This document shows, one piece after another, positions 12,642-25,519 of a stretch of 64,000 nucleotides of DNA. The notes under the pieces were generated by a model. That model was not told the DNA's origin, did not search any database, and worked only from the letters and a program-made list of their open reading frames with translations. Within the stretch, counting starts at the first letter, position 1. Each line of letters begins with the position of its first letter. The translations under genes and the position numbers were made by a program. This DNA comes from Macrostomum lignano (taxonomy: Eukaryota), in contig NIVC01000260.1 of the NCBI GenBank assembly GCA_002269645.1, positions 62,001-126,000 of the forward strand. The letters are read 5' to 3'.

Positions 12642-14264
12642 TATAGCATTTTCCAAGCTAGTAGAGAATGCGAGCAAGCAATTAAATAATTGATGGCAAA
12701 GTCAATGGATTTTCTTATTGTCTATGGTCAAAGCCATGAGCAAATAAATAATTTGGGCACACAATTGATAAATTTCTCAGTAACTTAGCAAATTTCTATT
12801 GCTCTTCAAAGATCAAAGTTCTTCAGGCAGGAGTGCACACTCTTAGTCGGATTCAAAAATGGTGAGTACGGCGGCAGCTGCACAACTTGCCAGTTAGCTT
12901 TATATTGTTGCGGGAGCCTCACGCCATTGTGGAATCAAGCACCATCCATTATGATACAGAATTGATCTGCATTCTTGATGTCTTCTCTATTGTTGACAGC
13001 ATCGAGTAACTCTTTGATGAAAACTTGGAACACATTTGCAGTTAGCTTCTGGCCCAAAATATTGTGGTGTACCAGGCTGAGGCCAGGTGAGATGGCCTGG
13101 ATGATATTTACTTGTACACCGCACTGCGTACGCAAAGTGCACCTAACATGCTGACCCCGCAAACTGTGCCCCAGAGATTGTCGTGTCCATATGTTGAACC
13201 CTGTCTTGTCAATATAGATCAAGTGACAATCCGGAGGCAGGTCAAGCAGCCACTGTGCGAATTCTTCTCAACAGCGTGTTCCAAGCGACTAGTAGGTCAG
13301 CATCTCTACCTAAGCATTTCAGCATGATCAGATGTTTGTCTAGAGATTTGCTAAGTGTGGCCTTGCTCACTTGAAGACTATCAAACAAATGCTCCAGTGT
13401 GCACTGCAACTCTTTTAGTGTTAGTAATGGATTGGCATCTAGTGAATCCAGAAGCAGTTGCACGTGCTGGTTTCCTAGCTTTGACATTCAATCTCCTCCT
13501 TGACAGAATGATTGCGGTGTCCAGTCAGTTTGTAGTGCCATTGGATAGTATACACAGTTTGTGCCTTCAAACATACATGCGCAACCTCCAAAATTCGGTC
13601 GGCCATGCGACTTAGTTTTAACAAAATGCGACGTAGTTTTTGGCCAAAAATGCGACTTACATGTAAGAAAACCATTAAGCAAAATAAACGCAACTTTGGG
13701 TAAACGGCAAGAGTAACTATGACTGTCTTATTTAGTCAAAATGCCTCGTCAGCTAATTAGTACTACTATTTAGGTATTTTTAGGTGGGCATTTTTGCGAC
13801 TTCCTTGGTTGGCCACCAAATTGGTTGGCCGGATTGGCCGACTCGGCCAACTGTTGCGCATGTATGCCTTCAAATTACAAAACCTGGAAATCTGCACAGC
13901 CCTGTCTCTTTGCTCAAGCGCACTCACTACCAGTTCATATTTTTTGTTGCTTATCTTGGCATATGGACCCTGTGTTGCTGCCGCCTGAAATGGTTCTCCA
14001 GGAGCATCCTCCACGGTGATAAAACTCTTTTTTATCTTCCTCCAGAATTTCATTATCCTCAATGTTGATTGTGTCTATTTCGAGCTATTATTGAGATCAG
14101 TTCACATAATAACTGAGAAAATTTATCAATTGCATGCTCGCATTATTTATTTGGTTGCAGGAATAGCCATATCTTTGACCATAGACAATAAAAAATTCCA
14201 CAGACTTTGTTATCTATTATTTAATTGCTTGCTCGCATTCTCTACTAGCTTGCAAAATGCTATA
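12642..14264 (-). mobile_element. Decayed Tc1/mariner-IS630 superfamily DNA transposon, ~1.62 kb, with ~140-155 bp terminal inverted repeats
   Basis: Left end TATAGCATTTTCCAAGCTAGTAGAGAATGCGAGCAAGCAATTAAATAAT... (12642-~12784) is the reverse complement of right end ...ATTATTTAATTGCTTGCTCGCATTCTCTACTAGCTTGCAAAATGCTATA (~14110-14264). Outer TA dinucleotides are consistent with a TA TSD. Encloses DDE transposase remnants. Confidence 0.88.
12810..13620 (-). pseudogene. Disrupted DDE_3/IS630-Tc1-like transposase
   Basis: Fragments: HTH-like ...LKAQTVYTI...; winged-helix-like NPLLTLKELQ...VSKATLSKSL; catalytic IYIDKTGFN, IIMDGA*FH, VVQLPPYSPFLNPTK (cf. LPPYSPxLNPIE). Contains an in-frame stop and frameshifts. 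Confidence 0.85.
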
Positions 14265-15289
14265 TTTTCAATTTTGTATTAGTATTGCAACATAATACTA
14301 TGATAGAAAATGCCTATGGCCAAAAGGGATAGAAAATGGTATTATAAATTTCTTTATCCTTTAGTTCTTATCTACTGCTCTATTTATTGCTATTTTTACT
14401 GCCCTATCTATTGCTCTATCTACCACTCTAGCTATTGCTTTATTTACTTCTCTATAAACTGCTTTATCTAGTACTCAAAAGCACTATATTGTAGCATCAT
14501 TTCAAACTTGAATATAATATTGTAGAACAACCTATAAAGTTGCTAATACTATCATAGTTACATTTGATATCTATGAAGTTATTAATATGCTCAATATTAA
14601 ATAATCATTGTTTTTTCGATTTTTATCACTGTATATATTTAAAAAAACAAGATTAATATTGATAGATAGAATAGTATAAATAGGCCTATCAGCTAGTTGC
14701 TAATTAGGCTTAATCTTAAATTTTGATTGAATCTCAATTATTTTGAAAATATAAATCTTGATTCTCAAAAAATCTTAAATATTTGAGATTGTCCAACCCT
14801 TAATTTCTTTCAATCCAAAGGTTAAGGTTATAATAAAACTTAATTTTTGTATATCTGAACCTAGATATCTATTAAATGTTTATATACAATTGCTAGGCCT
14901 AGCCAGCCTAGCAAGTAAAAATTATGGTAAACCAAGGATAAATACTAAAGTTTGTAATATTTTAATACTAGGATAGGCCCTTATTTTACCTTCATGACAA
15001 AATTTGATAATGAATTAAATATGTAAGTTTTATAGCAAAATGAAGTCTTAATCTAAACTAAATCAAAGTTTGATTAAATTGAAGGCTGATGCTACTAGCA
15101 ATAACAAGTAGAATTGTAGGCTTAGGGCTTAAAAGTTATCCTATATACTAAAATGTAAAGCTATAGACCTATAAAGTATATTTGTTAGGCCTTTATGTCT
15201 ATTATTAAACCAACACTAGCATATGGAGGTCAGTTGAAATAAGGGCCTATCTACTATTAGAAAACAGTCTAGACAAGCCTAATATTTAG

Positions 15290-15790
15290 TATATTTAATA
15301 GATTATAGAATAGTTAGCCTAGGGCCTAGTATATTTGTATATAGGCCTATGGCTATAGTATAGAGTAGGCCTATCATGATTCTGATTCATAAGTAAGCCC
15401 TATAGATAGGGGCCTAGGCCTACAGCTATATAGAGATTTTTTTTACTTATATAATAAATCTCCATAGGCCCTAGCCTAGGCCTACTCAGTGGATACTGTG
15501 ACTAGGCCTAGGGCCTACTAGTAGGGGCCAGTACAGTATATAATTCTAATATTTATATGAGTACATATTATTAATATTAATTATTTAGGCATAGGCCCTA
15601 TTATTTTATATTATTAAAAATATTATTAGGCCCTATACACTAGGGCCTATATCTATCAAATCTATAGACAGTAGGCCTAGCCTAGCGGCCTAGGCTAGGC
15701 CTAATCTCCTAGGACCTAGGCCCCTATTATTAATAATAGGCCTATGGCTATGGCCCACCCACGGGCACGGCCACCCTCTACTAATATAAA
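15290..15790. repeat. Low-complexity AT-rich region with many (T)AGGCCT(A) palindromes
   Basis: Numerous TAGGCCTA/TAGGGCCTA/CTAG motifs, no fixed period. Confidence 0.6.
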
Positions 15791-16450
15791 TAGACGATAA
15801 TTGGCATTTAGTAGGGCCTACTAATAATAAAATAGAAATTACTTGACTTTGGACTTATTATTATTGTTATTAAACAGACGCTGGCGCTGGGCTGGTGGAA
15901 AACAGCTGAGTCCAGCCTAACTCTTGACTGGACCTACGTAATGTAGGCTAATATCCTAACAGTCTAATCCACAAATAAAAAATTTGGATTTCATCCAATC
16001 GATTTTGCTAAGGCTAAGATTAGGCTAGGCCACTATGGTGGGATCAATGACCAATCCAATACATTATCAGGCAGAGTCAGGCAAAGTCAGGTCAGGATGG
16101 CATATGGTAATCAAGTAGATTTCAATTTTAGCGTGTAAAAACTCGGAAATTCATTCTACGGTTTAAACTATGTGTTTGGTATCTAACTATGAAAAATTTT
16201 AGATTTAAAGCTTAAACTCAGACTATGTATTTACCTTAGGTTTTTCAATTTTTTGAAATTTTAATTTGGGGCACGAAAACTAAAAGTTTATATACATTGA
16301 CAACAAATTTTAGTATATATAGCAATTGCGCCACGCTTTGACACTGCATGCTCATCGTGTGTATATACAACTATGTTTGCGTACTCTAAAAATTCGTAAT
16401 AATCAGAGAAGCAATTGTAACCTTGAATTGACCTTTTCAAGCATTATATT

Positions 16451-18436
16451 ATGTCATCTGTTTCACCGGTTCCTCAGACTCCTGTGTCTAGTCTTACAAG
16501 CTTAATAATCAACACAAATATAGCTAGATTGTCTCCAGTGATGAACACTGTGACACAATCATTGCAAGGAGTTGCTCTGCCAGTGGAGCTCGACCTTGCT
16601 CCTCAAGGGATTGGAATGCCCCAAGTGTACGTGAAGCCTCAGCATCTGACGTGAGTACTTTATGCTTACTTACTAATACTATGAATCTATTACACATATA
16701 CACTAATACAAGTACATAACTCGACTATTTTTTTTTAAATTAAAACTAAAATTTATATGTTGAACAACTATACAATACAAAATTCCTTCTATTTAGTAAA
16801 AAATGAAACTTGTGAAAGAATATAAGAATAGCAAAATCAATTTTTTAGTTTAATGATGTAGGGGAGTATAGGGCTAATGGGTACTTTTGTTTTTAATTAA
16901 TGTAAGAACAAGAGAATACTAATAAATCAATAATAAAAAAATTCACAATTTAAAATGTAATTTACTAATGAAATGTAAACATGACAATGGATTGAGAAAA
17001 TTTCTCAAACCAAATTCTAGAATTGGATCATGGTTCTGTCTGGAACTGATTCTGAAAATGGAACAGACAATTTAAAAAGCTTTGAACTAATTCTGGTTCT
17101 AGACACTAAATGACACTAAGTCACTAAGTTGTGGAATTGTATCCAAGTTCCAATTTCAAGAAGATGCAATTTGGAAAATCAGTTTGCTATAACATCTCTA
17201 TTGTACAAAAAATAAACCTAGAACTTTTTATTCAGTCAAATAAGACAAGCATATACCTTTTTAATTTTAGGTTAGCTTTGTATCTCATATTTGTAAGCAT
17301 ACACACATGTTTTACAAAAGCCTTGGAATATTAGTCCTAAAATAAGGTTTCTTTTAAAGCCAATAATGGCATAGACAGGCTTTTGCATTTTTCTATTCAT
17401 GGATACAAATGATATCCAAAGTGTTTTTACTTTCCCAATGAAATTAGTCTAGTAGAATGCAAGTTTGCTCTATAAAATCTTATCCTACAAATTTCCCATT
17501 GATTTTAGTTACCTGCGCGACTTCCGCACTCAGCAGTGCCCGCTGTTTGCAAATCACAAATGCTCGCAGCACAAACCATTCACCTGCTTTCACTGGCATT
17601 TCCCAAATCAGCGGAGAAGGCGGCCACTTCGCAAGCCAGATGGCACGTTCTCATATTCGCCAGATGTGTACTGCGATAAATATGACGAGACCCGCGGCGA
17701 ATGCCCAAATGGAGATGCCTGTCCCTACCTGCATCGCAATGCTGGCGACACGGAGCGCCGCTACCATTTGCGCTATTTCAAAACTGGCACCTGCATTCAC
17801 GACACGGACACAAGGGGCCAGTGCTCGCGCAACGGTACACACTGCGCCTTTGCTCATGGCGCCACTGATCTGCGTGTGCCAGTCTATGACATTCGCGAAG
17901 TGCAAGAGGCTAGCGACTGTCCGGTGAACCTGCCGGCCAGTCTAGAGAAGGAACGAGTCCTGTCCGAAGATCCTAAATGGAACGATATGGGTTACGTGTT
18001 GGCTAATTACAAGACTGAGCCCTGCAGGAAGCCGCCAAGGATGTGCAGACAGGGTTACGCCTGTCCGTTCTATCACAACGCCAAGGATAAGAGGCGTCAA
18101 CCGCACCGGTTCAAGTATCGGTGAGTCATCAGCATTTTCTCATTAATTGCTTATTATCTCCAAAGTCTACGACGAGGATGTTATAAAGTTGTATATAAAT
18201 TTATTTTTGTTGGGTGTGTTAACTTATTGGTATATTTCATATTTGTTAGTTATGCTGTGCATATATGAAACCTTTAAAAACGTACATGTCGTTTTTTGTA
18301 CCTTGTTGAAGGGTTTTATTCGGTAAATTCTATTTTTAGCCCCGTTTTTCCTCGCTAAGTCGCCTACGTTGGCTTTATTTAGAGTTTAAAACATAAAGTA
18401 TATTTAGATTAATACTTTCTTATTAAACTTGCAACA

Positions 18437-18470
<34 letters not shown>

Positions 18471-21400
18471 TTGCTAGCAACAAACGGACGTCGGACGTTG
18501 GGTTTGGGGCATAGTCTAAATTACACAGTTCGTTGAGTGCGCACATCGTGAGATGGGCTTTGAATTTTGTTATTAACCATAACCACTAAAATCCCCATAA
18601 ATCGTGGGCGCGGTTTATTGGGAATTAGTGTATTTGGAAGAGAATGGATGAATGAGGCTTGGGACTGGGAGCCACCACACCACACCCAATACACTAGACG
18701 ACGCGCAAACTTCCTTAAAATGCACTTGTTGTCCTTCGACCGATCCTTCTGCCTCTCGTCCCTCCCTCCCCTGCGATAGTCAGTAAACGTAATGGAATCG
18801 TTTGCAATAGTTTCCTTAACATGTTATTGCTTACATTAGTCACGCGCTAAATTTAGCAGGCCTAAGTGCAAAAATCCGCCTAGCCCAAACTGCCAGATTT
18901 CCGGTTGGTTAAAGTGTTGTTGTGCTTGTGTGTGTAAGTTGGAGCTAAAAGGCCGGGGGGGGGGGTGTTTTGGCGTGGAGGCTTGTAAAACTTTCCTCTC
19001 CTTCACCCCGTCCCCCCAACCCCTCCCGGCCCCGCATGCATTTTTAAACGGTGTTGTCGGTGTGCACGAGAACTTGCTCTATTTTTAGCAACAACAGGTT
19101 AAGCTATCCGCGTGTTCACTTGTGCATGTACAGTGAACCCATAGCCTTATTTTTCACTTGGTGTTCTGGTTGGATTTCGACTTGTACGCGATCTAAAAAA
19201 GTACAATTAAAAAGTACAAAACTGTTTTTAGACAAGTTTGCGCATCGAAAACAAATCGTTGTCCAAGTTCAATATGGCCTTTTAGAATATGCTTCATTTA
19301 ATACTTGGTAAATATTGAGATTTAAAAACACATCCATGAGAATTGCCCGCCGAAATTTGACTGCCGTCCTGTTTTCTGCAATGCATTTTGCCCATAAATA
19401 GAAATAGAAATGAACATCTTTTCCACAAGAAAAATCCTGGATCCACAACCAATTTGAGACAACTACGGGCAGAACTACCATTATCGGAAATTAAAGCTCG
19501 TATTTCTGCTTTCATAAGCACTTTCCAATTTTTTTCAGTTTTAGTTTTATTTAGCTAAGTTAAAGGTGTAGGCGAACTATGCTGGGCCAGACAGAAACAG
19601 CTGACATACACAAAGTATTGAAAAACTTTTCTTGCCCTGTTGTTGAATCGTTCTAAATCCGACAAGTGCATAGTGTACTAATTGTACTTGTGTATTGAAT
19701 TCTCACATAGTCGTAAATTTCTCATGGAATAATAAATATGATATTAGTCTGACAATTCTTTTAATTGCAGGAATGACTGGAGTTAGAATAAACTAATCAA
19801 AACGTTATTTAACTTGCCTACATTGTATTATTGTTACATAGTCTGTTTGCACTATTTAGCCAAGCTTAGGGGGGGGGGGTGAGGGGGTTGCTCGGCGCCC
19901 AGTTAGCAGCACAGTCTGCAATTTGAAGTTGCTGTAGGCTGTAGCTATCTCCTATAGGCTGCTGCTTAAAAAAGTACGCCTGCACTAAATTTTCGCTCTA
20001 GTGCACGTGTACTTCTTATCCCTACATGCGGCTGTCCGCTGGGCGGAGTTGGAAGAAAAATTGAGTTGCAATAGAATGCACACAGGCCTGAAAGAAGGGC
20101 AGGGTCCGAAGTACACAAACCAGATTGGTGTGAAATATGATTGTAAATTTATTATAGTACACATTGACCCCCTAATATTATAATTACACTTATACTTGAA
20201 TTTTCTAAACTTATAATCAACAGATCGACCCCCTGTCCGACTGTGAAATCCTCGGACGAATGGTCGGATAGCAGCATTTGCGAGGCTGGCGAGGAGTGCC
20301 AGTTCTGTCACACCAGGACTGAGCAGCAGTTCCACCCTGAGGTGAGTGAGTCAGTTATTGTGCAGCTTTGATTGGGTTGGTCAACAATTTCTTTTGGGAA
20401 GCTCTGCATGGGGGAGGGCAAAGTCCTTTGGGAGTCACTTAAGGTTCAGTAGGGGAAGCAAAATAATTTTTCAAGGGTCACAAGGATAACATACTTGTTT
20501 GGGGGGGGTCACATCTGGGGACAAAAGCCTTGTGTGAGGGTCACAAGTGGGGATAACATACTTGTTTGGGGGGGGGTCACATCTGGGGACAAAAGCCTTG
20601 TGTGAGGGTCACAAGTGGGGATAACATACTTGTTTGGGGGGTCACATCTAGGGACAAAAGCCTTGTGTGAGGGTCACAAGTGGGGACAAATTCTTGTTGG
20701 GGGTGTCACAAGTGGGTAAAATTACCTGTTGGGGGGGGTCACAAGTGGGGACAAAATTCTTGTTTGGGGGTCACATGATCACATCTAGGGACGAAATCCT
20801 TGCGGGGGGTCACAAGTGGGGACAAAATCCTTGCTGGGGGGTCACAAGTGGGGACAAAATCCTTGCTGGGGGGTCACGAGTGAGGACAAAATCCTTGTTT
20901 GTGGGGGGGGTCACAAGTGGGGGCAAAATCCTTGTTTGGGGAGCTGATCAGGGATCAGGGGCGAACCCTTCTTTGAGAAGTCAAAGGGGATAAAAATCCT
21001 CAGATGTCTTTGCGGGGTCAGCAATGTATGTAGATCACGAATAAAAATCTGCAAAAATGTTTTGAATCAGTAAGTACTGATAGTTTTGCTTGAGGCCTGG
21101 ATTAGACTACTGATAAACAGATAAAAATATTAAAGCGAGCACCACCTGATAGTTGCTCTCTTCTGGTTAATTTTGCAATGAAACTTTTCAAAAGTGGACA
21201 TTACAGTGTGCTATTTTCAAACTATCTTATTTTGTTTTTTTCACGCACTTATTTTTGTGTTTCTATTTCCTGTGCTCTTAGAAACGGTGTGTGTGTGAGG
21301 GTGTGTGTACACGTGCTCCGCTGTGACTGCCTATTTATAAATAAGCCTAGCTAGTGTGCAACAACAAAAACAGTATTAATAAATAGAAAACATTGATTGA

Positions 21401-24400
21401 CTCGACTATGGACAACGTAGAGATACCAAATAAGTTCTTCGTTAACTTAAAACTGAAGAAAAGATAGAAAGGACAGAACTATTTTTTCATTTCACAGTTC
21501 ACACTCGTACGGTCACATGATATAAAAAGGCACTAAGCTTTTCCTCTTTCCGTAATTCCTTTTAGGCTTCTGACTGCCACAGAGCTTGTGTGTGTGTACG
21601 GGCTTGGGCTTCAAGTTCAAAGGGGCGAAGAGTGCTGGGGGGGGGCGGTCGAGTTGGGGCGTCGAGCCTTAACGTCCCAATTCTCGGTCTTCGGCTGACG
21701 CACTCGGTTTGAACTCTCTTCTAGTGACCTTCACGCGACACCCACCCCTCCTCTCCTTGTTTTCAACGTTAAGGCTTTGGGGGGGGGGGGGGGGGTAAAG
21801 GAGGGGCGTGCCACACTTTAAGGGAAGAGCCAGAATTACCAGCACCAACCCCCCCCCTCTAACCGGATTAGAATGAAAACCAGCTCAAAAAGCCGTTCCC
21901 TATTGGCCTGCCGGTGTTCCTGCGTGGAAGATTTCCCCGTTGCCCTTATTCCCAAACAACGTCATTTTTCTTCCTTCCCATTTTTACGCCTACTCCTCGT
22001 TTCTCAAATTTGTCCTCTCGTTGCACCCAATTTTCCTTAGGAATGAAAAGCAAGATGGAATCACGAGAGAAAAATAGGAATTTTCCGCGGCTTTTTAGTA
22101 CTTGGGCAGCCCTCAACCAATCAGCGGTGGCGACCTTGCCACTTGTGTTTCTATAAATAGAACTTGCACGCACTTTGAACCGCTGTTCATTTTCCACGAC
22201 CCAAGCCCCCCCCCTCCGCGAAGCCAAAACCATGTGAGCGCGAATCACGTGCTACGCTTTGTACCGATGCCTCCCAATGTCCCATGATGCCCTTCTTCGC
22301 CCTCAAATTGGACCGCGTACACCAGGCCCAGGGCCTTATTATTGTAACTACATTATTACTTTCTATGCCCCATATAACCTACTGAAAAAAAAGATTCCTA
22401 AAGTAGTCAGTTCCAATCTGCTGATGTTTATTTTCTTACAAGGAAGCCAGGGCGGGCGCGCGTGCCTGTCCGATGGCCGATGCTGCTTTTAAGTAGTTGT
22501 TTGCCTGTTTTAAAACAGAAAACTTAAAAGCAATGAGACACGTGTTAACCTTTCCATTCGCATTTATTTATTGGGGGCGCGTTTGCGTATTAGCCAAAAT
22601 ACAAGTGTCCCCATGCTGTTTCTCATTGTAGATCTACAAATCCACCAAGTGCAACGACATTATGCAGCAGCACTACTGCCCCAGGGGCCCGTTCTGCGCT
22701 TTCGCTCACGACGAGGCCGAAATGAATTTTGGTCGCAATTTTATGCAGGACATCGAACTCCAAGGCCTGCTCTCGGCCGTTGCCATGCAGCACCAGCAGC
22801 AGCAGCAATCTTCCCCAGTTATTAATCCAATAACTATGGGCCAGTTGGTTTCGCCGACTGTCTGGGAGAGATCTATTACTACCGCTATTAAAGGTAAGTT
22901 CATCTCGAACTTGAATTGATTATTGACTTTTCGTTTGTTATTTAATAAATCGATATTTCTATTTAATGTCTACCTTTGATTACCCCAATAAAAATTGATA
23001 GTTCATTATTGTTTCGTAGAAATCGATAGATTTTAAGTAAAAATCGATAATTCATTACCTTGAAGCACAAATCGATAATGCATGGCCTTAAAGCACAAAT
23101 CGATAACTCATGACCTTAAAGTAAAATTCGATATATAATGACCTTGAAATAAAAATCGATAATTCAGGACCTAAAAGCACAAATCGATAATTCATAACCT
23201 TAAAGCAGAAATTGATAATTCATTAAATTCATTAAACAAATTCGCATTTCAGGCCGCACAACCAGCGGTTTGAGTTCGACATCGCTCGAGTCAGGCCTGG
23301 GCAGTTGGCGCCACTGCGACAGTCCATCAACTGCCGTCAATTTTGCCGACGAATCCAGCACCACAGCAGCCGCCGCCGCCGCAGCAGCAGCGGCCGCTAC
23401 GTCAGCTTTGCTGCCAGATTTTGGCGAATTCGATCTGTCGCAGGACAGCTCGTCGGCTGCCGCGGTCAGCGCCTGCAGTCCGCTGACTGTGCAGACTGGG
23501 CTGCCTGGCGGCGGGCAGCAGCAGCAACAGGAAGAATCTCCGTCCTTGCAGTCGTTATTTGAGGTGATAATCTGATTTAGGTTACGTGTCTGAAAAAAAA
23601 GAAAACCTACTATAAGTAGGGTAGAAAAAATCGACGCGTTTTACCACCCTTTTTATCGGAAAACAATTAAATTTTGGAACAATCTTGAAACTCTTCAGAC
23701 CGAGGCCAGACACCGCGCGGGCAGCGCCAGCGGCAGGCAGCAGCCGCATCAGCAGCTGCCGGTATCCCGTCGTCGTCAGACAAGCAACAGCGAAGCCGGC
23801 GGCGGCTGCAACTACGCTCAGAGCCCAATACTAATGTCGGAGAGTCCGTTCTCAAATGCCGGCTTAGAATTAGAGCGACTGCGCTACGAATGCGAAATTG
23901 AGCGCGCCAATGAGGAGGCTCAGCGCGCCAAAGAGGCGGCTCAGCGCGCCAATCGAGAGCGCGCCAGCGCCGAAGCAGAATTAAGGCGCCTATGCGCCGG
24001 CGTTAAAGAGGCCGCCCTGATTGCTGAGACGATGAATAGCGAAGCTAGCGAAGGTGTTGACGGCGGCCGGGCTGCCGCTATTGAACAGTGGGACGCTTTT
24101 AGAAGCAGTCTGCAAGCGCTGCTGCAGCTGGAGGTTGGTTGCTTGGCACTTGGCCCTGCTTTGCGTACACCTGAGCCGCCGTTTACGGGAGACTGAGGAG
24201 GGTAATGGGAAGAGAGAGGAGAGTAAATAGGAGGGAGGAAGGGAGCGATGGAGAGAAGGAGAGAGGGAGAGAGCTGGATGAGAGATGTAGGGAGAGATGA
24301 AGGTGAAGATGGAGGGGAGAGATGGAGGGAGAGATAGAGGGAGAGATGAATGTAAAGATGGAGCGGAGAGATGAAGGGAGAGATGAAGGGGAGAGATGAA

Positions 24401-25161
24401 TGTAAAGATGGAGCGGAGAGATGAAGGGAGAGATGAAGGGGAGAGATGAATGTAAAGATGGAGCGTAGAGATGAAGGGAGAGATGAAGGGGAGAGATGAA
24501 TGTAAAGATGGAGCGGAGAGATGAAGGGAGAGATGAAGGGGAGAGATGAATGTAAAGATGGAGCGGAGAGATGAAGGTTGAGATTAAGGGGAGAGATGAA
24601 TGTAAAGATGGAGCGGAGAGATGAAGGGAGAGATGAAGGGGAGAGATGAATGTAAAGATGGAGCGGAGAGATGAAGGGAGAGATTAAGGGGAGAGATGAA
24701 TGTAAAGATGGAGCGGAGAGATGAAGGGAGAGATGAAGGTAAAGATGGAGGGGAGAGATGAAGGTAAAGATGGAGGGGAGAGATAGAGGGAGAGGGGAAT
24801 GGATAGGGAATGATGGGAGAGATGAGAAAGTGATGCAGGGACAGACAGGAAGAGCCAAAGGTGGGCAGCGGAAAGAAGACAGAATTCACAGCTGCATGCC
24901 ATCAACTCAAATCTGGGCAGTCATTCGCCACAAGCAGGCGCCTTCCTGTGTTACAGAATGAAAAAGTGTTTCAAAACTCCCCCCCCATTCCAGCAGGCAG
25001 CCACCGAACTGCCAACGCTTGGCGAATCCAGCAAAACTGTAAGCGGCGGCAAAGATCAAATCCCAGTTGGCACCGCCGAGCAGCAGCCGGTTCTGTCCAC
25101 GAAGTTCTGCTTCTCTCGTGAGAATGAGCCTGGGCTGCGGAGACTGGAGGAGAAGCGCTGA
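16451..25161 (+). CDS. unk: Unkempt-family RNA-binding protein with six CCCH zinc fingers and a C-terminal coiled coil; exons 16451-16650, 17509-18120, 20224-20341, 22632-22893, 23253-23563, 23699-24133 and tentatively 24994-25161
   Basis: KPQHLT|YLRDFRTQQCPLF...CFHWH, CDKYDETRGECPNGDACPYLH, GDTERRYHLRYFKT, YKTEPC...CPFYH, RSTPCP...CQFCHTRTEQQFHPE|IYKSTKC...CAFAH match Unkempt. Intron phases 2,2,0,1,0,0 are consistent with GT-AG sites. The last exon is less certain. Confidence 0.9.
20500..20940. repeat. Minisatellite in unkempt intron 3, ~31-33 bp unit GGGGGGTCACAAGTGGGGACAAAATCCTTG(C/T)T
   Basis: About 13 imperfect copies. Confidence 0.85.
23040..23222. repeat. Minisatellite in unkempt intron 4, ~30-bp unit AAATCGATAATTCATGACCTTAAAGCAC
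   Basis: About 6 imperfect copies. Confidence 0.8.
24200..24830. repeat. Purine-rich compound repeat in unkempt intron 6 (GGAGAGATGAAGG / GAATGTAAAGATGGAGC)
   Basis: A ~53-bp higher-order unit repeated about 7 times plus degenerate flanks. Confidence 0.88.
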
Positions 25162-25519
25162 AGAGACCGGCCTTGGTCTGAAGACACTTGGATAGTTTTT
25201 TTGATCGTTTAATCGTTTAATCTTTTATTATCCAGAACGGTTTCAACCGCTTAATGTATGTTGTGTTCTATAGCTAGTTTTGAGAGCAGATAACTTTTCT
25301 TCAAACTAACTAGAAATCTTTCTTAGAATCATCAGTATCTAGAGATTTCTAAGAAACATCTTGAATCAAAGATTTCTTGAAATATTTGTGTTTTGGATCT
25401 CTGAAGTCTGAAGATATTTTTAAGTCCCAGACTCCCAGAGTGTGTACTAAAGATCTTTAGAACTTAGGTGTGTAAAATAATTATAACCTACTTTAAGAAT
25501 TTTCCCTGATTCTAAAAAA

